Shown: positions 19,601 through 28,324, counted from the first letter of the stretch. The stretch is DNA of 58,886 nt from Fibrobacterales bacterium (GCA_051532035.1 JAOPTW010000026.1:1-58886); one strand, 5' to 3'. The notes: generated by a model from the letters alone, not told the origin. Program-made: numbers and translations.

Positions 19601-19661
19601 TATTGGAAACAATTCTAATAATGTATACCTCGATAACATTACTGTTGTAGAAATTCCTTAG
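13686..19661 (+). CDS. Multidomain S8 subtilisin-family serine peptidase (Ig/ASH, FG-GAP, 2x F5/8C-CBM32, Big-like repeats, CBM4_9-like C-terminus)
   Basis: Signal peptide (AQA); catalytic motifs VVDSG, GHGTHCAG, AAAGN, GTSMAAPHVAG; DxDGDGDxD repeats; two A(I/V)DG...TRWSSDF..PQW discoidin domains; final NLISNGGF...YLDNITV domain. Confidence 0.93.
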   Translation: METPMTIKTKIGKALSVPLIVALGALNATSAQAMEFSPSDLTFGLTPNDSPADQTAVLTNTTNNPVNYSIKSAGIIARPFAASNQTSSFTQAAAQATQSSIENIDSAPYVEGQIIISLKEVMSAKGSSKGMAHRALARLNVKKLKNITPPKFAGLNLAFSSQDQLLVVTLEDKSHQNVINTINNLKNDQDVNFVEPDWIVQSNRTPNDPELSRLWGMEAISASEAWDSETGRNEVVIGVVDSGIDYLHPALQSNIWTNVNEVPGNGIDDDGNGYIDDIHGYDFVNDDSDPMDDDGHGTHCAGTIAGSGDDGHDIVGVMWNARLMALKFLDNTGHGPTSAAIEAINYANAMGVSITNNSWGGSQYSQALHDAIDAGGLFVAAAGNNGQLNNDLNAHYPSNYSLNNIIAVAATDINDNIAGFSHYGAVSVDVAAPGVGIYSSLPNNRYASANGTSMAAPHVAGLAGLIYSLNSQLSSTEIKETIMSTVDPVAGLAGLMVTGGRINASRAISATTPSWLQVSDNGTGILNPGESVNFSVTVDPTYLAEGTWSANLIIGQSANPAQDVVLPITVNVGPCRALSASVNSVVYPIAWIGDSETEEITLTNSCNAEVTINSITTSDAAFGSLLAAPAVVSPFSTVTVPVVFSPLDEVVYNSVLTIVSDAEDNETIIVTLDAEGQFGPQIIHNPTAINETLAANTAKTINLTFSNPGVRDLIFTLNTDAGDSWIDVSTAEITIASGQSQDVSVMVVVPNLGGTVTSEIFINHNAVGATPIIIPVSVTTLADNYLSVNQLSIDWGIVSNRTHPTFDIKDKATKEGGSITSVHSTDIDLDGDLDFIYGYSFSNRNYQSDLIISENTADCYGQYTEHTIYSGTEAQLDYYEIESGDIDGDGDIDLFVGMGNRGSGAKLFWFENDGTQNFTRHELIFDGYPHKLSVVDYDHDGDSDLLVVNSTDDEFVFYENDGSQSFTIRSWSTDDTEDVMNMNIVDFNKDGLVDFVGTSRNIIDESKKSILWYENLGNHTFQKRVILYTPYSLYLSVGDIDSDNDFDLLATTWSDGAFWIENDNGLYKMHLLDIEQSTDHYIVDMDNDGDKDIALTMDNGSGTRSISILENDGNETFTAEEIYPSSVIHFIATDVNNDGDIDLFFNNYVDKQVTIMNNELKLTQSIQLENSGGNATTISSLEIDNSLFTINYAAPVEIAPQTSVCFELVYNATGTQKETATLSIQSDAMDNSSISVALEAGGEQTAYDVALNKSASASSTESGLLTDNAIDGDNTTRWSSDFADPQWFIVDLEGSFDISEVILTWETAAAKVYSIDVSNNNGQNWTTVYTDNNGNGGVDHISVSEDNVTHVKMYGTQRTTQWGYSLFSFEVMGVPHRTEPPVVTTLDVTPLQATIFEYETQQFTAQAYDQFGNPMNASISWSTLGGMIGPTGLFTGTEIGSFTVAANANGVIATASITVNEAPVVDRITLTPANTTLNIGQTQQYTAVAYDQYNAVISAVFTWNVNGTSGTLTQNGLFTAISAHAGDVITVTSGAQSATASVIVVDAPPSDIALGKPASASSDEVGYSASNAVDGNGTTRWSSDFSDPQWIEIDLQGSFDISRVVLAWETAAASEYQVQVLVNDRWSTIHITTNGNGGTDEHIVNASNATKIRMYGTKRTTEWGYSLFSFEVYGVPHISEPPVLTSIEVTDMTVALESITRITFQGYDQFNNPMNIQGMPDYSVSGGGWVRDGYFTAEEAGNWSVTVSADGVSGVGSITVEDSQPLVLTTIEVTDMTVALGSITRIEFQGYDQFNNPMSIQGMPDYSVSGGGWIRDGYFTAEEAGNWSATVTADGISGVGTITVEDLTNLISNGGFDNNVEGWTLDTYGSANGFLQHVNNECIINMGSGGSENWHVQFRQNGIPLEAGKTYRLSFDARANANRSIDAQLETDGNPWTNYGNIPATAITTTLSNYEYTFTMNETDMNARIVFNIGNNSNNVYLDNITVVEIP
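18726..19223 (+). repeat. Intragenic tandem duplication, 252-bp (84-aa) Ig-like unit x2
   Basis: ATGACTGTTGCACTC at 18759 and 19011 (offset 252); near-identical peptide IEVTDMTVAL..ITRI.FQGYDQFNNPM.IQGMPDYSVSGGGW.RDGYFTAEEAGNWS. Confidence 0.95.
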
Positions 19662-19685
19662 GAATAGTGTTCATTTAAATATTTT

Positions 19686-19714
19686 AGGCCAACTCTTTTG
19701 AGTTGGCCTTTTTT
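19686..19714 (+). terminator. Rho-independent terminator of the S8 peptidase gene
   Basis: AGGCCAACTC-TTTT-GAGTTGGCCT perfect 10-bp stem followed by a T run, 24 nt after the stop. Confidence 0.9.
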
Positions 19715-19937
19715 GTTACTAGTGGATGCCTATATGATACAACAGAGAACCTCACAGTCTATGGGCACGGAAAGTGTTGACAGTATCAGTAGGCGTCTTT
19801 AGTTATTGCAACTTTAAAAAAGAGGGGTGATTATGCTCTGCACAAAAAAATGCCCCTAAAGAACCCGGCTAAAAGTAAAAATCCACCCTTTTGCCTCAAT
19901 TTAACTGGACAATTGGACCAAAAGAGCATAGATTTAT

Positions 19938-20354
19938 GTGCCTATGATACAACTTAATACTCAAGCCAACCTAAAAACACTGTTATTCAGAAATCTGATG
20001 ATTGTGGTGCTTGTTGTATTGAGTATTCCCTTTGGTGTCAGTAGCTTTTGCCTCACGCCAACCTCTGTAGTATCAAACGAGTGCGAAATAATAGCAGCTG
20101 ATGAGTGTTGCGGAAGTACTCAACCAGAGCAGATAGAGTGCGAATACTGTTACACTATTCAACCGAGTCAAGTTTCAGAAGTATATGTACCCACCAGTAA
20201 CAATACATCTAAAAGTGTTGTCTATACTCACGTAAATAGATTGTATGATCTGGTCCGCTATATACCTCCTCTGAATACACATACGTATACTTCTGTAGAG
20301 CTTTCGCAAGAAGCACTGGAACAGCGCATTCTCGCCACTGTTTTTGTAATCTAA
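19938..20354 (+). CDS. Small Cys-containing hypothetical protein heading the metal-efflux operon (CzcI-like position)
   Basis: Hydrophobic N-terminus, ECC and CEYC motifs, directly upstream of the OMF gene. Start uncertain. Confidence 0.5.
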   Translation: MPMIQLNTQANLKTLLFRNLMIVVLVVLSIPFGVSSFCLTPTSVVSNECEIIAADECCGSTQPEQIECEYCYTIQPSQVSEVYVPTSNNTSKSVVYTHVNRLYDLVRYIPPLNTHTYTSVELSQEALEQRILATVFVI

Positions 20355-20515
20355 ACAGAAGAATTTTTTCAATAAGGGCCCCCTGAACACGATTTAAGTG
20401 TTGAGCAGCGTGTCCCGTCATTCATTACATACTTAATTGATTTTCGAACCGTATGAACGCTGTGTTGAGCACTTGCTGAGCATGCTGTGTACTACAAGGA
20501 AAAGGTATACACCCA

Positions 20516-21829
20516 TTGAAACTGAACACCTATAGAAAGACCCTGTACAGGGCATCCATAGTCAGCATAGTCGCTCTGATGTACACGGGAGTTGGAGCCG
20601 AACCAGTTGCCGAGAGTATTTCGATACACTCATTTGATAACGTGTGGGAGCAGGTGCGTACCCATAGCCCTACACTGAGATCGGCAAAGGAGCACCACTC
20701 TGCCACGCGTCATGCGCAAGAGGGTCTGACACAATTTTCAAATCCACAATTTGAATTTGAAGCAGGGCGAGTAACGACGAGTGATGGGCCAATAGATGTC
20801 CATACTATAGAGCTTGGTGGACGCCTCACCAAAACCTTTAGTAATTGGGGAGTCTATTCAAGCGAAGGGGCACTCGGAGAGCTTGATACTCTTCTTTCGG
20901 CATTGGCATTAAAGCAGACAAAACGAAGCGTGCATCATTCTGCAAAAAAGGCCTATGGCGTTGTGGTTATAGCCCAAAATAAAAAAGACCTTTCAGAACA
21001 GAGCTATGAACTTGCCCAAAAGGCAGATGCTCTTTCGCGAGGGAAATTTCGCGCAGGTGCCGGTTCACCGATTGACTCTATGCGCACCGGAATACAACTC
21101 ATACAGGCGGAGCTCGAACTTGAACGTGCGAAAAATGAACTTCTGGTTGCCACGAACAAACTTGAGCTATTGTGGGGTGGTACTCCTTATGCAGTTATCG
21201 ACTCACTGGAGCTTCTGAAGAGAGAACAAAACATCCCTTCTTGGGATGCATTGAAACAGAGATTACAGGAATCGCCAGAGTGGCAACAAGCATCAATCAA
21301 AGAACGACGAAGCGATGTAGAGCTTTCATTGGCAAAGGCGTCGCGCATTCCCGAATTTGAACTATCACTGGGTGTACAAACGCCCTATGATGGCGAAGGG
21401 CACACCATTTCGGGGGCTATTGCTATTCCCTTGCCGGTATTGCACTTGAATGGAGCGGCAATCTCTGAAGCACACTCCCGCAAAAAAGCAGTTGAGTCGC
21501 ATACTCAAAAGAGACACGCAGAGCTAAGCCTTGCATTAAAAGAACTGTTGATGCAGTATAGACTATTGGCTCATGCATTGAGCACGACCAAAGAACGGTT
21601 ACTGCCGATTGCTCGTTCAGCATTTAATGGTGTGTTGCGGGGCTATGCCGTAGGGAAATTTACGGGGCAAGAGCTGTTGGATGCACGCTCAGAATGGCTT
21701 GACAGTGAATATTCCCTGCTAGAAATAACCAGAGACTATTATGCGGTCGGTTTGGATATTGAATATTATACGAGTGACATAGATGATGTTACTGATAGAA
21801 ACGTTAAGAATAACACTAATGGAGAATGA
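20516..21829 (+). CDS. czcC: TolC-family outer membrane efflux protein (CzcC-like)
   Basis: Signal peptide, two OEP repeats (NPQFEF; RIPEFELSLG...IPLP; GYAVGK...LLDAR), position before MFP and RND genes. Confidence 0.85.
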   Translation: MKLNTYRKTLYRASIVSIVALMYTGVGAEPVAESISIHSFDNVWEQVRTHSPTLRSAKEHHSATRHAQEGLTQFSNPQFEFEAGRVTTSDGPIDVHTIELGGRLTKTFSNWGVYSSEGALGELDTLLSALALKQTKRSVHHSAKKAYGVVVIAQNKKDLSEQSYELAQKADALSRGKFRAGAGSPIDSMRTGIQLIQAELELERAKNELLVATNKLELLWGGTPYAVIDSLELLKREQNIPSWDALKQRLQESPEWQQASIKERRSDVELSLAKASRIPEFELSLGVQTPYDGEGHTISGAIAIPLPVLHLNGAAISEAHSRKKAVESHTQKRHAELSLALKELLMQYRLLAHALSTTKERLLPIARSAFNGVLRGYAVGKFTGQELLDARSEWLDSEYSLLEITRDYYAVGLDIEYYTSDIDDVTDRNVKNNTNGE

Positions 21830-21830
21830 G

Positions 21831-23474
21831 ATGAAAACCCATAACGTAAAAAAAGCTTTGTTGGCTGCCCGAGTAGGACTACTCTGTGTACTCATAGGCA
21901 TAGTGGCAGGATGCAATACGGAGAAAGACCAAGCAAAGGGAGAGAGTGCAATTAAAAACACTCCACCTAAAGAGCATGCTCATAGTGAGGAGCATACCAA
22001 CCAGAGTGAGGCTCAATGCACTGCCCATGGCGCCGATAAGAGCGAATGCTGGATATGTGATCCCAAGCTGAGAGACAAGGATAGATTGTGGTGTAGAGAA
22101 CATGCTACCTACGAAGACCGGTGCTGGAAATGTCACCCTGATCTAAAAGACGACAAACGCCTCTATTGCGGAGAGCACGGGGTGTACGAAGATGAGTGTA
22201 CCCTCTGCCACCCAGAGTTAAAAAAAAAAGAGCACTCTGATGATCACTCCGGGGTAGAGGCACAAAAGAGTACAGTGGCGCACACCGATAAAGTCGGCCT
22301 CTATTGTACAGAGCATGCGTTGCCCGAGCTCGAGTGTGCTATTTGTCATCCAGAGCTGTTAACCGATCTAGTACCAGGTACGGGCCTCAAAGTACGGTTC
22401 CCTACGGTTGAATCTGCAAAAAAAGCAGGGGTCACTTGGGAACCGGCACAACGAGCTCAGCGTCATACCATGGGGAACAATGGGTTCTTGAGCAGACTCT
22501 CGTATAATCAAAACCAGATGGCCCATGTAGGGGCTAAAGTAAAAGGAACCATGGGGAGGGTGCTTGTAAACAACGGTTCTGTAGTTAAAAAAGGACAGAC
22601 CCTTGGGTTTGTATCATCTCCCGATGCGGCAAAAGCAAAGTCAACGTATCTCACCGCGGTGGCCGACTCAACATTGAAATCAGTAGTATACTCTCGTGAA
22701 AAAGGATTAGTCCGTGAAAATATATCTTCACAGCGAGAGCTCGATAATGCCCATGCTGAGTATCAGCAAGCATTGGCTCAACTGGGAGCGGCAATACAAG
22801 TTTTGGTAGACCTCGGGCTGTCGTCAGATGAACTACAGCGACTCAGAACTTCGGGGAAGGCATCATCAGCGGTAGTGCTTCGTGCTCCGTTTAAAGGGAC
22901 CGTTGTACAGAGAAATGCTGTAACAGGGGCGGTAGCACAACCGGATGCTCCATTGTTTACCATAGTAGACCTCTCAACAATGTGGATTGAAATGTCTATA
23001 CCAGCAGTAACGGCGCTGCAACTTTCATCGGGAGACGCAGTCGTCGCACAATTTGCCGAATTGGGAGCAGATAGAATTGAGGGAGTTATTACCTGGATTG
23101 CATCGGAGATAAATGAGGCCAACCGAATGGTTACGGTACGCGCGGAACTTTCAAATCCTAACGAGCGCCTCAAAAAAGGTCTCTATGGTAGAGCATTTCT
23201 CGCCTCTCAACCCCAGGTCGTAAACGGGGAACCGTTGATGCAACTGGAAGTACCACAGCAAGCACTCCAAAGAATAGAAGGGAAACAGTATCTCTTTATC
23301 TCCCACGAAAAGGACCTCTTTGAGGCGCGGCATATACAAGTGGGTGCACTGGATGGGAACAATGCAATTATCGTTGCGGGGCTCAGCGAAGGTGAGAAGG
23401 TCGTGCACCAAGGGAGCTTTACCGTGCGGTCAGAAATGTTTAAATCGAGTTTTGGTGCTGGCTGTACTCACTAG
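21831..23474 (+). CDS. czcB: RND periplasmic adaptor (CzcB-like) lipoprotein with four Cys/His repeats
   Basis: Lipobox VAGC; lipoyl/hairpin motifs VKKGQTL, LRAPFKGTV, LFTIVDLSTMW, LKKGLY, GLSEGEKVV; ATG 21831 follows GGAG and the upstream stop. Confidence 0.88.
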   Translation: MKTHNVKKALLAARVGLLCVLIGIVAGCNTEKDQAKGESAIKNTPPKEHAHSEEHTNQSEAQCTAHGADKSECWICDPKLRDKDRLWCREHATYEDRCWKCHPDLKDDKRLYCGEHGVYEDECTLCHPELKKKEHSDDHSGVEAQKSTVAHTDKVGLYCTEHALPELECAICHPELLTDLVPGTGLKVRFPTVESAKKAGVTWEPAQRAQRHTMGNNGFLSRLSYNQNQMAHVGAKVKGTMGRVLVNNGSVVKKGQTLGFVSSPDAAKAKSTYLTAVADSTLKSVVYSREKGLVRENISSQRELDNAHAEYQQALAQLGAAIQVLVDLGLSSDELQRLRTSGKASSAVVLRAPFKGTVVQRNAVTGAVAQPDAPLFTIVDLSTMWIEMSIPAVTALQLSSGDAVVAQFAELGADRIEGVITWIASEINEANRMVTVRAELSNPNERLKKGLYGRAFLASQPQVVNGEPLMQLEVPQQALQRIEGKQYLFISHEKDLFEARHIQVGALDGNNAIIVAGLSEGEKVVHQGSFTVRSEMFKSSFGAGCTH

Positions 23475-23512
23475 TCTCACTCGTAGTAGCGTGAAATAAA
23501 TTAAGGTAATCT

Positions 23513-26500
23513 ATGTTTCTAAAATTAATGCAGTACTGTTTAAATAATCGATTAATGGTGTTTTCATCTGTGGGTATACTCCTATTACTTGGGGGCTATT
23601 ACGGTAATAAACTCGCCATTGAAGCCTTTCCTGATACCACTCCCGTTCAAGTGCAGATTAATACTGCCGCACCGGCACTGGGCCCTCTTGAGATAGAGCA
23701 AGAGATAACCTACTCTGTTGAAACGGCACTCTCTGGATTGCCCGGTATTAAAAGTGTGCGGTCCATTTCAAAGTTTGGTCTTTCTCAGGTGGTCGTAGAT
23801 TTTGAAGATGGCACTGATATCTATAGGGCCCGTCAACTCATATCAGAACGTCTCAGGTTAGTACAGTTATCAGAGGGGATAGAACCGCCCGCCATGGGCC
23901 CAATTTCTACTGGGCTCGGTGAAGTGTTTCACTATGTTGTATCATCGACCGATGCATCGCGCCCGCTCCATGAAGTGCGTACACTCCATGACTGGATATT
24001 AAAGCCCGAACTCCGAAAGGTGTCGGGAGTAGCAGAGATTAATACATGGGGAGGATATGAACTCCAATACCAAGTGGTGGTTGAGCCTGATAAATTGGTA
24101 GCACAGGGGATTACCCTGAATGAACTGTATGAGGCCTTGAGCAAGAACAACAAAAATGTTGGGGGCGGGCGTATAGTATATGGTGGTCAGTCCTTGCTCG
24201 TTCAGGGGTTGGGGAGAGTTTCCGAAATTGAACATATTGCCGGGATGGTTCTGCGTGCAGAAAACGGCGTGCCTATCCGCGTTCGTGATGTGGCAGAGGT
24301 GGTTAAAGGCCATGAGATACGGCAAGGTGCAGTCTCTGCTCAAGGTAAGGGAGAGGCGGTTCTTGGACTCGGCTTTATGCTTATGGGTGAAAATAGCCAG
24401 CAGGTAGCCAAGGCACTCGAGGCCAAGGTTGCCGAAGTAGCCCCTTTTCTTCCTGATGATATTCAGGTTGAAGTAGTGTATAATCGGTCCGATCTGGTTG
24501 ATGAAGTGTTGAATACCGTGAGTCACAATCTTTTATTTGGTGCACTCCTTGTTATCATAACACTGTTTCTGATACTTGGTAACTGGCGAGCAGGCTTGTG
24601 TGTTGCTGTGGCAATACCTCTCGCAATGGCTTTTGCTTTTATCGGGATGTATCATCTCTCGATAGCAGTCAGCCTTCTGAGTCTGGGAGCGATGGATTTT
24701 GGAATACTGATAGACGGATCGGTAGTCATGACTGATGCGAACCTCAAAGGTATTCGAGATGCAGAAGATAAAAAGGGTCGCTCTTTAACGTTTACCGAAA
24801 AGTCTCTGGTTGTTTTTAATTCCGCAAGACAGGTGCTCCGCCCAATAGCCTTTGGTATGGGGATTATTGCCGTAGTGTTTTTGCCGGTATTAACTCTAGA
24901 GGGGATTGAAGGGAAAATGTTCCGCCCCATGGCAATCACCTTTGTGTTAGCATTGGCCGGTGCACTCCTCGTTGCACTGTTCATTTCTCCTCTGTTATCA
25001 CTTACCTTTTTAAAAGACTCAAAAGGACGATCGAATAAAAAGCGATCATCTCGTGAGTCATTTATTGAACGGCAGTATCAAATACTGCTTAAAAAATTAC
25101 TCGGCTGGCCACGTCGAGTGGTGGGGACAGCGATTATCTGTATCATAGCTGCGGTATTTGGTGCACTGAATCTTGGGGGTGAATTTATTCCCCGATTGAG
25201 CGAAGGGGCGATAGTTATTAATGCGGTTCGCCTCACGGGAGTATCCCTCGAAGAGTCGGTCAGATACAATACAACTATAGAACAACTTATTTTGGATGCC
25301 TTTCCCGATGAAGTAACGGCAGTGTGGAGCCGAATAGGTACGGCAGAAGTCGCAACTGACCCTATGGGTACCGAGCTCACTGATATATTTTTAAAACTGA
25401 CACCCCGGGATTTGTGGAAGAGGGCAGAGTCTCAGCAAGAACTCGTGGGCCAGCTCGACAAAGTATTGGGCGATCTCCCCGGGATTAACCTAATCTATTC
25501 CCAGCCTATTGAACTGCGGCTGAACGAGATGATTTCTGGTATTCGCTCAGATATTGCCGTTACCATTAGGGGCGATGCACTTGATGAGCTCCTGCAGATC
25601 AGTAATCAGGTACAGAAAGTACTCGCAACCATAGAAGGGGCGGCTGATATTTCTGGAGAGCAGATGAGTGGTCAGCCCGTTATGCAGATAACCATTAATC
25701 GTGAAGCGATTGCGCGGCATGGGGTGCCAGCAGGAGACGTGCTTGATTTTATTGCGGCTCTGGGTAACAGGCATGCGGGGGCCGTTTATCAGGGGCAACG
25801 GGTGTTTCCTTTGACCCTGCGATTACCCGATAGACTGAGACATAATCCAGGAGCTCTCGCTACCGTGATGGTGCCGATACATGGTGCAAAAGCAATACCC
25901 TTGGGAGAGCTTACGTATATTAAAGAAGTAGAAGGACCTTCGGTTATCAATCGTGAATGGGGCAGACGTATGACGCGGGCTCAGTGTAATGTACGTGATA
26001 GAGACGTTGCCACTTTTGTAAAAGAGGCACAGGAAAAAATAGCACAAGAAGTAGTGCTGCCCGAAGGGTATGTCATCAGTTGGGGTGGGCAGTTTGAAAA
26101 CCTCGAACGCTCACAAAATAGACTTGCTATTGTGGTACCTTTTGCACTTCTTATGGTGCTACTCTTGTTGCGCATGAGTCTTGGTAATTTTCGCGATACC
26201 TTTTTGATATACTCAGCCGTGCCTTTGGCGGCCGTTGGGGGTATTGCTGCACTCCTCCTTCGGGATATTCCTTTTAGTGTGAGTGCTGCTGTAGGCTTTA
26301 TCGCACTCTCGGGTATTGCCGTATTAAATGGATTAGTGTTGGTCTCCTCTGTACGCTACAACTTGGAAAAGGGTATGGGTATAACCATTGCAGTACAGAA
26401 GGCTGCGGTTTCCCGTATTCGACCAGTTTTGGCTACCGCAATTACCGATATGGCTGGGTTTATTCCGATGGCTATCTCTTTAGGGATTGGAGCTGAAGTA

Positions 26501-26617
26501 CAGCGTCCATTAGCAACAGTTGTTGTTGGTGGTGTGTTCACCTCTACATTGCTGACGCTCTTGGTGTTGCCAGTACTCTGCACTCTGTTTATGAAGATAC
26601 ATGCTGATAAATTCTAG
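23513..26617 (+). CDS. czcA: CzcA/CusA-family heavy-metal efflux RND permease
   Basis: AFPDTTPVQVQI, RSISKFGLS, MGPISTGLGEV, SLGAMDFGILIDGSVVM, GAEVQRPLATVVVGG; 1034 aa. Confidence 0.95.
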   Translation: MFLKLMQYCLNNRLMVFSSVGILLLLGGYYGNKLAIEAFPDTTPVQVQINTAAPALGPLEIEQEITYSVETALSGLPGIKSVRSISKFGLSQVVVDFEDGTDIYRARQLISERLRLVQLSEGIEPPAMGPISTGLGEVFHYVVSSTDASRPLHEVRTLHDWILKPELRKVSGVAEINTWGGYELQYQVVVEPDKLVAQGITLNELYEALSKNNKNVGGGRIVYGGQSLLVQGLGRVSEIEHIAGMVLRAENGVPIRVRDVAEVVKGHEIRQGAVSAQGKGEAVLGLGFMLMGENSQQVAKALEAKVAEVAPFLPDDIQVEVVYNRSDLVDEVLNTVSHNLLFGALLVIITLFLILGNWRAGLCVAVAIPLAMAFAFIGMYHLSIAVSLLSLGAMDFGILIDGSVVMTDANLKGIRDAEDKKGRSLTFTEKSLVVFNSARQVLRPIAFGMGIIAVVFLPVLTLEGIEGKMFRPMAITFVLALAGALLVALFISPLLSLTFLKDSKGRSNKKRSSRESFIERQYQILLKKLLGWPRRVVGTAIICIIAAVFGALNLGGEFIPRLSEGAIVINAVRLTGVSLEESVRYNTTIEQLILDAFPDEVTAVWSRIGTAEVATDPMGTELTDIFLKLTPRDLWKRAESQQELVGQLDKVLGDLPGINLIYSQPIELRLNEMISGIRSDIAVTIRGDALDELLQISNQVQKVLATIEGAADISGEQMSGQPVMQITINREAIARHGVPAGDVLDFIAALGNRHAGAVYQGQRVFPLTLRLPDRLRHNPGALATVMVPIHGAKAIPLGELTYIKEVEGPSVINREWGRRMTRAQCNVRDRDVATFVKEAQEKIAQEVVLPEGYVISWGGQFENLERSQNRLAIVVPFALLMVLLLLRMSLGNFRDTFLIYSAVPLAAVGGIAALLLRDIPFSVSAAVGFIALSGIAVLNGLVLVSSVRYNLEKGMGITIAVQKAAVSRIRPVLATAITDMAGFIPMAISLGIGAEVQRPLATVVVGGVFTSTLLTLLVLPVLCTLFMKIHADKF

Positions 26618-26706
26618 AGTACAGAGCAATCACATACGGGAGGGACGTAAAAAGGATTATCCGTACTAACGTAGAGCATGAGTTAAAAGTTTACTACTAT
26701 TAACTC

Positions 26707-27621
26707 ATGCTCAATTACATCAAAGAACTCGTCAGTCTCAGAAAACCAACCTTTGTGCTCGCCACAATACTGTTTCTTGGGCTCCTTGCTCTAGCCAATC
26801 AGTACTTTGGTCTAAAGAGCCTTCTCCTTGAATATAATACCTTCAATGGCATACAAATACTTTCGAATATCTTCTACTACAGCATTGCTCCTCTTGGAGT
26901 ATTAGGAATTCATTTTTATTTCTATCCACATCCCACTTCATTAATAAAAACTATCGCAATTACTTGTATGGTTACGGTCTGTTATGCTCTGTCAGTGAGC
27001 CTCGTGCCTATTACGCTCTTTACCAGTGTTGCCTCAAACTATGTTGAAAGGGACTTTATATACAAAACAGTACCCTATGGTACTCGGGTCTCAATGGCAC
27101 TCCTCCTCATGGGTATCTGTGGGCTCTATTGGAAAAGAGAAGCAGTTAACTTTTGGGGGCTTCTCTCATTGCCTCGATCCATAGCAGTTATCCGCCCATT
27201 GTTGATAGTAATTCCCATTGTAATAGCGGTGTTCTCTTTTTCACCCTCGCTGAATAACTTTTATCCCATGTTTTTTCACAAAGGAATGCCTGAGGTATTT
27301 GGAATGCCGTTTATTGGCGCACTCTGCTTGTATGAAATCTTTTATTTGCTGGGCTTTGTTGGTATAGAGCTTATGTTTCGTGGGCTCATGCTCCGTATGC
27401 TCTTTCCCCTTATAGGGTGGGGGAGTCTCTACATATCATCGGCACTTTATTTTGTTGCACACTTTGGTAAGCCCTATCCTGAACTGATCAGTTCATTTTT
27501 TGGTGGGCTGATACTCTGTTATATAGCACAGAAAACCAAAACCCTATGGAGTGGTATTCTGTTGCATATTACAGTTGCGTTTTGTATGGATTTTTTTAGT
27601 GTGTTTCACCGGGTGTGGTAA
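26707..27621 (+). CDS. CPBP (Abi/CAAX) family intramembrane glutamic endopeptidase
   Basis: Multi-TM protein with ELMFRG, HFGKPYPE and ILLH motifs. Confidence 0.85.
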   Translation: MLNYIKELVSLRKPTFVLATILFLGLLALANQYFGLKSLLLEYNTFNGIQILSNIFYYSIAPLGVLGIHFYFYPHPTSLIKTIAITCMVTVCYALSVSLVPITLFTSVASNYVERDFIYKTVPYGTRVSMALLLMGICGLYWKREAVNFWGLLSLPRSIAVIRPLLIVIPIVIAVFSFSPSLNNFYPMFFHKGMPEVFGMPFIGALCLYEIFYLLGFVGIELMFRGLMLRMLFPLIGWGSLYISSALYFVAHFGKPYPELISSFFGGLILCYIAQKTKTLWSGILLHITVAFCMDFFSVFHRVW

Positions 27622-27628
27622 AGCACAC

Positions 27629-27949
27629 CTATTTCTTTTTATGAAATCCGAAAGTGCCTTGTACTACTTCTGCATCTGATTCTTCAACATCTTTTGGAGC
27701 GCCAGTAGGATTTGGAGCTGCACGTTTTACACGTACTTTATTGCCGTCAATCTCTTTGCCATTCATCTGTTTGATTGCATATTTTGCATCACCCACTTTA
27801 GGGATCTCTACAAATGCAAAGCCTTTTGATTTTTGGGTCTCTTGATCCAAAACGAGGTTACAGAATTGAACGGGGCCAAACTCTTCAAACATTTTTTGGA
27901 GAGCTTCTTCGGTTGTTTTGGGTGATAGTCCACGGATAAGTATTTTCAT
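27629..27949 (-). CDS. RNA recognition motif (RRM) RNA-binding protein
   Basis: RNP2-like ILIRGL, RNP1 KGFAFVEI, AIKQMNGKEIDGNKVRVKRA. Confidence 0.92.
   Translation of the reverse strand: MKILIRGLSPKTTEEALQKMFEEFGPVQFCNLVLDQETQKSKGFAFVEIPKVGDAKYAIKQMNGKEIDGNKVRVKRAAPNPTGAPKDVEESDAEVVQGTFGFHKKK
27747..27771. repeat. Left copy of 25-bp perfect direct repeat (inside RRM gene)
   Basis: TCAATCTCTTTGCCATTCATCTGTT, identical to 51271-51295. Confidence 0.95.
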
Positions 27950-28324
27950 GATGTCGCCTTTATTACAGGAGTAATTGTTTTTTGATAAAAAAGCGATGGA
28001 CGGGTTCAGCCAACGAATATTTTGATCGATAGTGCAAATATAGAATAATTTCTATGAGATCTGTTATCACAGTGGATTATGGGGCAGGAAGTGTATCAAG
28101 TAGCTTTATTTGGTGCTTTTTTAACTCAATTAGAGCATGTTTGGGTCATAATGCTTCATATGGCCCTATTTGTCGATATAATGACTCTGCCTTTCAAATG
28201 CCGAAACTTCTTTTTTGTGTACATTAAATTAATTGGTTAGCATCTGGGGGGGGGCGGTTCATTTTTCTTCCAATATGTAAAAAAGTATGATAAACTAAAA
28301 TCAAAAATTCAATTGATGAGAAAT

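Noticed and set aside
20390..20490. Repeated GTGTTGAGCA upstream of czcC as a NiCo riboswitch
   Set aside because: Only a short TGAGCAG resemblance; the remaining four-way-junction motifs are absent.
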